From the IMG/VR virus record IMGVR_UViG_2531839476_000007, positions 1 to 12,109 of that record: a stretch of DNA of 12,109 nt; one strand, written 5' to 3'. The notes below the pieces were generated by a model that was not told where the DNA came from, made no database searches, and was given only the letters and a program-made list of their open reading frames with translations. The position numbers were made by a program, and so were the translations under genes. Of the stretch, positions 6,429 to 12,109 are shown piece by piece; position 1 is the first letter of the stretch; every line of letters begins with the position of its first letter. The stretch comes from a virus. Its lineage: Duplodnaviria; Heunggongvirae; Uroviricota; Caudoviricetes.

Positions 6429-6808
6429 TGAGACATATATCACCGGAAGAACTTGTTGCGCTTCATGATGCGAATATAAGCCGCTACGGCGGCCTGCCGG
6501 GAATGTCTGATCCGGGTAGGGCAGAGGCCATTATCGGGAGAGTTCAGGCCAGAGTTGCCTACGAAGAGATCACCGACCTTTTCGAAGTCTCCGCCACCTA
6601 CCTGGTGGCTACAGCGAGAGGGCATATATTCAATGATGCCAATAAGCGTACCGCGCTAAACAGTGCGCTGCTATTTCTACGCCGTAACGGGGTGCAGGTA
6701 TTTGATTCACCTGAACTGGCAGACCTTACCGTAGGCGCTGCGACTGGCGAGATATCTGTATCTTCTGTCGCCGACACGTTACGTAGATTGTATGGTTCTG
6801 CGGAGTAG
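6428..6808 (+). CDS. doc: Doc toxin (death on curing), Fic-fold kinase, 126 aa
   Basis: [39 protein letters not shown]… matches recalled P1 Doc and contains the Fic-type motif HIFNDANKR. Translationally coupled to phd. Confidence 0.92.
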
Positions 6809-6812
6809 ATTA

Positions 6813-6992
6813 ATGGCACGTAAATACAACAAGTTGTCCCGTGAAGCGTTAAAGATGCTTCTTGATGGCGTGAGCCGCCGCAAGGTAAAGCAATACCTGG
6901 TTGGTAAGCAAATTGGAGTCAGGACCGCTATTGCTGTGTTATGCCGTCAGGAAATGGTTGTGCTTAAACAGAGAATGCCGGGCAGCAGATAA
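6813..6992 (+). CDS. pdcA: PdcA-like small basic protein (post-doc), about 59 aa
   Basis: ATG 6813 preceded by GGAG (6802-6805); in frame with track ORF 6792..6992. Named from its position directly after doc in the P1 gene order, not from sequence recognition. Confidence 0.45.
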   Translation: MARKYNKLSREALKMLLDGVSRRKVKQYLVGKQIGVRTAIAVLCRQEMVVLKQRMPGSR

Positions 6993-7019
6993 AGCCCAAT
7001 CAGTGATTAAAGGTGTGAT

Positions 7020-8063
7020 GTGAAAGCCATAATTACTCCCTTTGTACAGAAAGAGCTTGGCCTCGCCACGTTCAAAGTGGATCAGGAGGTCAGAAAGCTG
7101 GTGGAGGCTGGCCGTAAATTTATTATGGAGCCGGTGCCGCGTGAGTTAATCGAGCACATGGAAGACGGCCTCGTTGTTACCGAGCAAACCATGGCAACAA
7201 ATGAGGCGTTGCAGCCGTTTTTTAACAGCGATGAACTGTTTCGCCGTATTGGTGGAATTGACTCGCTGGTGGCGTGGTTGCGTAGGAAAGAGGGTCAATG
7301 CCAGGCCGCAGATCGTAGTTGGTGTGACAACCATATTGTCCACGCTGAACGAGACAATAGCGCGGTGTTGTTGTGCTGGCATCACGATAACCATTACCGG
7401 ATGCGTGGTTTTAATGAGCTGAAAGAAACGCTGCACAATAATCGCGTTAACTGGATACTGGATGTCGCCCGTCAGGAAATGGGCCTTTCAAATAGCCATG
7501 ATTTAAGTATTCAGGAGCTGTGCTGGTGGGCTTTCATGCGCAACATGATGCACCTGATGCCGGAAGAAGTCTGCCGCATATCAATAAATAAGATGAAGGC
7601 TACTCCGCAGGATAGCGGACCTCTGAAAGAGGCGGATATTCGCCCGTATGACGATCGCGCTACAGCATATGTTCAGATGATGGAAGAACGCGCCGCGCCG
7701 ATGCGTGCAAAAGTATGCCCTGTGGATGTTGACTCCGACCCAGGTATGGCGCATTTCAAAATACCAAAACTTCAATCGCTAAAATTGCCCGAGTACATGG
7801 ACTTTGTGGCTTCCCGTCCATGCTGTGGCTGTGGAGCTGCGGGAGCTGGCGCTCACATTACGCCTTATATCGTTCGTCATAGTCGATTATGCGCGCATGA
7901 CATTTATGCTATTCCTCTGTGCCAGTCATGCCAGCGTGATATTGAGCGTGACCGCGATAATTGGGAGAAGACGCACGGTAGGCTGGCGATGCATCAACGA
8001 TTGTTCTTTGATTACGCGCTTGGAGTCGGCGCTATCACAAGTCATTCGTCGAGTGTTAGATAA
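7020..8063 (+). CDS. pdcB: PdcB-like protein, 347 aa, with Cys/His-rich HNH-like motifs
   Basis: GTG 7020 preceded by AGGTG. Contains CWHHDNH and a C-terminal cluster PCCGCG…[29 protein letters not shown] resembling the HNH pattern CxxC…H…N…LCxxC. Name is by position in the P1 order. Confidence 0.65.
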   Translation: MKAIITPFVQKELGLATFKVDQEVRKLVEAGRKFIMEPVPRELIEHMEDGLVVTEQTMATNEALQPFFNSDELFRRIGGIDSLVAWLRRKEGQCQAADRSWCDNHIVHAERDNSAVLLCWHHDNHYRMRGFNELKETLHNNRVNWILDVARQEMGLSNSHDLSIQELCWWAFMRNMMHLMPEEVCRISINKMKATPQDSGPLKEADIRPYDDRATAYVQMMEERAAPMRAKVCPVDVDSDPGMAHFKIPKLQSLKLPEYMDFVASRPCCGCGAAGAGAHITPYIVRHSRLCAHDIYAIPLCQSCQRDIERDRDNWEKTHGRLAMHQRLFFDYALGVGAITSHSSSVR

Positions 8064-8064
8064 A

Positions 8065-8107
8065 ATTGCTCTAATGTATTGCTATTTCTTTAATCGAGGG
8101 TATTATA
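8065..8107 (+). promoter_or_regulatory. C1-repressor operator-like site overlapping the -35 of a putative lpa promoter
   Basis: ATTGCTCTAATGTATTG (8065-8081) matches the recalled asymmetric C1 operator consensus ATTGCTCTAATAAATTT at 14/17, first 11 positions exact. Candidate -35 TTGCTA (8079-8084) and -10 TATTAT (8101-8106) / ATTATA (8102-8107). Confidence 0.55.
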
Positions 8108-8115
8108 TTCGACGT

Positions 8116-8139
8116 TGATTAGTTGACATGGGCTAATCA
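8116..8139. repeat. 7-bp perfect inverted repeat TGATTAG-N10-CTAATCA in the lpa leader
   Basis: TGATTAG (8116-8122) and CTAATCA (8133-8139) flank a spacer containing TTGACA (8123-8128). Sits between the putative -10 and the lpa RBS AGGTGA (8142-8147). Confidence 0.5.
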
Positions 8140-8151
8140 GTAGGTGACAGG

Positions 8152-8604
8152 ATGTTACTTAACTGGCAGGGACGCCACTTCATGGAAATAAATCACTCAC
8201 GAATAACATCGTACGAGATTGCGGATTACATGATCCGCACTAAATCTCTTCTATCAGCGAAAGAACTCGCAGCAATTCTTGAAAAGGAATACCCGCATCT
8301 GGATGTCGATAAGCGCGATGTTTATCTGCGCTTAAAGGCTATCGCTGTGTCTAAGTATTCGTCTGTTTTGATTGATGACAGTACACGCCCACGTAGATTT
8401 CAGATCCACTCTCTGAATCCTGAATTCTTTCGCCGCAGCCGCGCTCCGCGCCGGTTTGATGAAAAACTCCAGAACGAACTCTATATGACGCAGGACGAAA
8501 AGGAACGCCGGGAGCACCAGCCTTGGGTGATGGCGCGTCAACTTTTCAATAAGGTGGTCCGTCAGCACCGTCATTACGGTAATGCCACATCCGCACGTAT
8601 CTGA
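8152..8604 (+). CDS. lpa: Lpa-like late promoter activator (P1 gene 10), 150 aa
   Basis: ORF-track ORF; ATG 8152 with RBS AGGTGA (alternative ATG 8182, MEINHSRI…). Assigned from its position immediately upstream of pacA and the C1-operator-like site upstream. I do not recall the Lpa sequence itself. Confidence 0.6.
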   Translation: MLLNWQGRHFMEINHSRITSYEIADYMIRTKSLLSAKELAAILEKEYPHLDVDKRDVYLRLKAIAVSKYSSVLIDDSTRPRRFQIHSLNPEFFRRSRAPRRFDEKLQNELYMTQDEKERREHQPWVMARQLFNKVVRQHRHYGNATSARI

Positions 8605-8614
8605 TTGATTGCTT

Positions 8615-8633
8615 GCCCGTTCCGGGCCTTTTG
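8615..8633 (+). terminator. weak intrinsic terminator-like hairpin between lpa and pacA
   Basis: GCCCG-TTC-CGGGC (8615-8627) followed by CTTTTG (8628-8633). Short 5-bp GC stem and only four U's, so at best a partial terminator. Confidence 0.3.
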
Positions 8634-8690
8634 ACATGTGACTTTCGTTACCCTCGCGTCAAAAAGAGTTTTATACGAAAGGAAGCATAA

Positions 8691-9884
8691 GTGACCTGGG
8701 ACGATCACAAGAAGAATTTTGCTCGCCTGGCGCGAGATGGTGGTTACACCATCGCACAGTATGCCGCCGAGTTTAATCTTAACCCTAATACCGCACGTCG
8801 TTATCTCCGTGCCTTCAAAGAAGACACCAGGACAGCGGACAGCCGCAAGCCAAATAAGCCAGTCAGGAAGCCTCTAAAAAGCATGATCATTGATCACGCT
8901 AATGATCAACGTGCATGTGATCACATTGTGGCTGAAATGGCTGAAAAACAAAGAGTTAATGCTGTTGTCAGTGCCGCAGTCGAGAACGCTAAGCGCCAAA
9001 ATAAGCGCATAAATGATCGTTCTGATGATCATGACGTGATCACCCGCGCCCACCGTACCTTACGTAATCGCCTGGAACGCGACACCCTGGATGATGATGG
9101 TGAACGCTTTGAATTCGAAGCTGGCGATTACCTGATAGATAACGTTGAAGCGCGGAAGGCCGCGCGCGCTATGTTGCGTCGGTCCGGGGCCGATGTTCTG
9201 GAAACCACTCTTCTGGAAAAGTCTCTTTCTCATCTCCTTATGCTGGAGAACGCCAGGGATACGTGTATTCGCCTGGTGCAGGAAATGCGCGATCAGCAAA
9301 AAGACGATGATGAAGGTACTCCGCCTGAATACCGTATCGCGAGCATGCTAAACAGCTGTTCCGCGCAGATAAGCAGCCTGATCAACACCATTTACAGCAT
9401 CCGGAATAACTATCGAAAAGAAAGCCGGGAGGCGGAAAAGCACGCTTTATCTATGGGGCAAGCTGGCATTGTTAAGCTGGCATACGAACGAAAGCGTGAA
9501 AATAACTGGTCAGTGCTGGAAGCGGCTGAATTCATCGAGGCGCATGGAGGAAAAGTGCCTCCCCTGATGCTGGAGCAAATCAAAGCCGATCTGCGTGCTC
9601 CTAAGACCAATACCGATGATGAGGAAAACCAAACAGCATCTGGCGCTCCATCACTTGAAGATCTGGATAAAATCGCGCGAGAACGGGCCGCCAGCCGCCG
9701 CGCTGATGCCGCATTGTGGATTGAGCATCGTAGAGAAGAAATTGCCGATATCGTCGATACAGGTGGTTATGGTGATGTCGATGCGGAAGGCATATCAAAC
9801 GAAGCATGGCTTGAACAGGATCTGGACGAAGACGAGGAGGAAGACGAAGAAGTTACCCGCAAACTGTACGGGGATGATGATTAA
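8691..9884 (+). CDS. pacA: PacA, small terminase / pac-site recognition subunit, 397 aa
   Basis: GTG 8691 with RBS AAGGAAG (8680-8686). Begins [28 protein letters not shown]… and contains the pac hexamer clusters within its 5' third, as described for P1 pacA. Stop overlaps the pacB ATG (TAATG at 9882-9886). Confidence 0.88.
8884..9042 (+). other. pac packaging site: 4 + 3 TGATC(A/G) hexamers, each carrying a GATC Dam site
   Basis: Left cluster TGATCA at 8884-8889, 8891-8896, 8903-8908, 8918-8923. Right cluster TGATCG 9014-9019 and TGATCA 9026-9031, 9037-9042. Span of about 160 bp inside pacA matches the recalled architecture of the P1 pac site. Confidence 0.8.
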
Positions 9885-11368
9885 TGGCCAGAAGTTGCGT
9901 AACGGACCCACGTTGGCGCGAGCTTGTGGCGCTATATCGTTATGACTGGATTGCGGCCGCTGATGTGTTGTTTGGGAAGACACCAACCTGGCAGCAGGAT
10001 GAGATCATTGAGTCCACGCAGCAGGACGGCAGTTGGACAAGTGTGACCTCCGGCCATGGTACTGGTAAATCGGATATGACGAGTATCATTGCAATACTCT
10101 TCATCATGTTTTTCCCCGGCGCTCGCGTCATTCTGGTCGCTAACAAAAGACAGCAAGTCCTTGATGGTATTTTCAAATACATAAAGAGCAATTGGGCTAC
10201 TGCTGTTAGCAGATTCCCGTGGTTGTCGAAGTATTTCATTCTTACAGAAACGTCTTTTTTTGAGGTGACTGGCAAGGGTGTTTGGACAATATTGATAAAG
10301 TCCTGTCGCCCCGGGAATGAGGAGGCGTTGGCTGGTGAACACGCCGATCATCTCTTGTATATCATCGACGAAGCGTCGGGTGTGAGTGATAAAGCATTCA
10401 GTGTGATAACAGGTGCGCTGACCGGTAAGGATAACCGTATTCTGCTTCTTTCCCAGCCTACGCGACCTTCAGGCTATTTCTACGATTCACACCACAGACT
10501 AGCTATTCGCCCGGGAAATCCTGATGGATTGTTTACTGCGATAATACTGAATAGTGAAGAATCTCCGCTTGTAGATGCAAAATTTATACGAGCAAAACTT
10601 GCGGAGTATGGCGGTCGTGATAACCCCATGTACATGATCAAAGTACGTGGTGAATTTCCCAAATCTCAAGATGGCTTTCTTCTTGGTCGTGATGAGGTTG
10701 AGCGGGCGACGCGGCGAAAGGTCAAGATTGCCAAAGGATGGGGCTGGGTTGCATGTGTTGACGTTGCTGGTGGCACAGGACGAGATAAGTCCGTTATTAA
10801 TATCATGATGGTGTCCGGCCAGCGAAATAAACGCCGTGTAATCAACTATCGTATGCTGGAATACACAGACGTTACAGAAACGCAGTTAGCCGCCAAGATT
10901 TTCGCAGAATGTAACCCAGAACGGTTCCCGAACATAACCATAGCTATTGATGGCGATGGCTTGGGGAAATCGACGGCTGATCTAATGTACGAACGCTATG
11001 GCATTACCGTCCAGCGTATCCGCTGGGGTAAAAAGATGCACAGCCGTGAAGATAAAAGCCTTTATTTCGATATGCGCGCTTTCGCGAATATTCAGGCGGC
11101 AGAAGCTGTAAAATCAGGGCGTATGAGGCTTGATAAGGGGGCTGCGACTATAGAGGAAGCATCAAAGATACCGGTAGGGATAAATTCCGCAGGTCAATGG
11201 AAGGTGATGTCAAAGGAAGATATGAAGAAAAAACTCAACCTGCACTCACCGGACCATTGGGATACATATTGTTTCGCTATGTTGGCGAACTATGTTCCCC
11301 AGGATGAAGTGCTTAGCGTCGAAGACGAAGCGCAGGTTGATGAAGCTCTGGCATGGCTTAATGAATAA
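9884..11368 (+). CDS. pacB: PacB, large terminase (ATPase/nuclease) subunit, 494 aa
   Basis: ATG 9884 coupled to the pacA stop. Walker A GHGTGKS and Walker-B-like [11 protein letters not shown] are present. Size and position match P1 pacB. Confidence 0.88.
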
Positions 11369-11418
11369 CTCATTAACCATGCCGGATAGAAACTATTGCG
11401 CGCTTTCGGGGTTGTCGT

Positions 11419-12109
11419 TTACTGGCTGCCCCTTCTTAGTTTTACGGCTGCGCGTAACTGATGCGGCTGATTTGACCTTTTTCTCTTCGCGAGTGATGGC
11501 AATTGTTTTTTTACATTTTCAATATCTGCCAGGCGATATATTTTTGCCTGCGGCCAGCGGTCGCAGATGATCGGTTCTATAGAGTCATAAAGGCTAAATT
11601 TTGCTTTCTCGAATTCACCGTTGATGATGATTCCATCACGGAGAGTTTCATCGCAGATAAACACACCACACAGCGGCACATGGTAACTAACTGATTTACC
11701 ATCATTGTAGTTAGGGCTACTGGAAATGTAATGGACGCGCAGCATTGTTTCGCTAAAGCCGTGTACACGCATACGGAATTTTTCATCCTCCGGGTACTGC
11801 TTCATTAGCTCTTTTGTTGCTTCCAGGTTCTCTATGTATTTCGCACTGTGCTCATTGATCCCCGCGCTTTTCTGGATGCGAATGTCCTTATCAATCAGAT
11901 GAATAATGCGGCCAGCGGTCATGTTGACGCTGTTCACAGCTTCTGTCTGATAAGTTGTAACCTTACGCACACCGCGAAGGATGTTAGGCACTGGATATAA
12001 AATAGTCTTTGGGATATTGAGGTCTGGGTACTGTTCCAGTTCTCGCGCCATTAAAGTCCATTTATCAATTTCAGCCTGAATGCTGTCCGTTTCTTTGAAC
12101 GGCAGAACG
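11419..12109 (-). CDS. c1: c1 immunity repressor, 3' portion only; the 5' end lies beyond the window
   Basis: The - strand frame is open from the window edge (…VLPFKETDSIQAEIDKWTLMARELEQ…) to the stop at 11419-11421, so the track's 210-aa ORF is an N-terminally truncated view. Convergent with pacB, as in the P1 map. Sequence recognition is partial. Confidence 0.65.
   Translation of the reverse strand, partial: VLPFKETDSIQAEIDKWTLMARELEQYPDLNIPKTILYPVPNILRGVRKVTTYQTEAVNSVNMTAGRIIHLIDKDIRIQKSAGINEHSAKYIENLEATKELMKQYPEDEKFRMRVHGFSETMLRVHYISSSPNYNDGKSVSYHVPLCGVFICDETLRDGIIINGEFEKAKFSLYDSIEPIICDRWPQAKIYRLADIENVKKQLPSLAKRKRSNQPHQLRAAVKLRRGSQ

Noticed and set aside
7146-8118. Overlapping track ORFs inside pdcB (7146..7436 -, 7174..7422 +, 7581..7775 -, 7804..8118 +)
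   Set aside because: All lie within or out of frame with the 347-aa pdcB ORF, which has the RBS and conserved motifs. Gly/Ala-rich low-complexity coding (GCGAAGAGA) explains the alternative open frames.
9060-10662. Antisense and alternative-frame ORFs inside pacA and pacB
   Set aside because: These overlap two genes whose Walker motifs, pac site and size match known terminase subunits; no independent start signals.
1-12109. tRNA genes or a CRISPR array
   Set aside because: No tRNA-like T-arm/acceptor signatures (e.g. GTTCGAATC-type) and no regularly spaced direct repeats were seen by eye. A tRNAscan/CRISPR finder run would be needed to exclude them formally.

Overview
This window reads as a phage P1-like (phage-plasmid) segment, almost entirely coding on the + strand. 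The right half (5.3-12.1 kb) matches, from memory of the P1 proteins and gene order, the block hot - LexA box - humD - phd - doc - pdcA - pdcB - lpa - pacA (with the pac packaging site inside it) - pacB, followed by the convergent, window-truncated 3' part of the c1 repressor gene on the - strand. The left half (1-5.0 kb) is a tightly packed, translationally coupled run of small hypothetical phage genes, including a DUF551-type protein with internal duplications, several Cys-pair (zinc-ribbon-like) proteins, a membrane protein and two unlisted small hydrophobic ORFs. I cannot place these into a named family from sequence alone. No tRNA, rRNA, CRISPR array or IS element was seen. The main candidates for something undescribed are the two small membrane peptides, the 367-bp gap before hot (ambiguous antisense ORF plus a strong hairpin), and the HNH-like Cys/His motifs in PdcB. 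All identifications are from reading the sequence and recalled knowledge; no database search was run.
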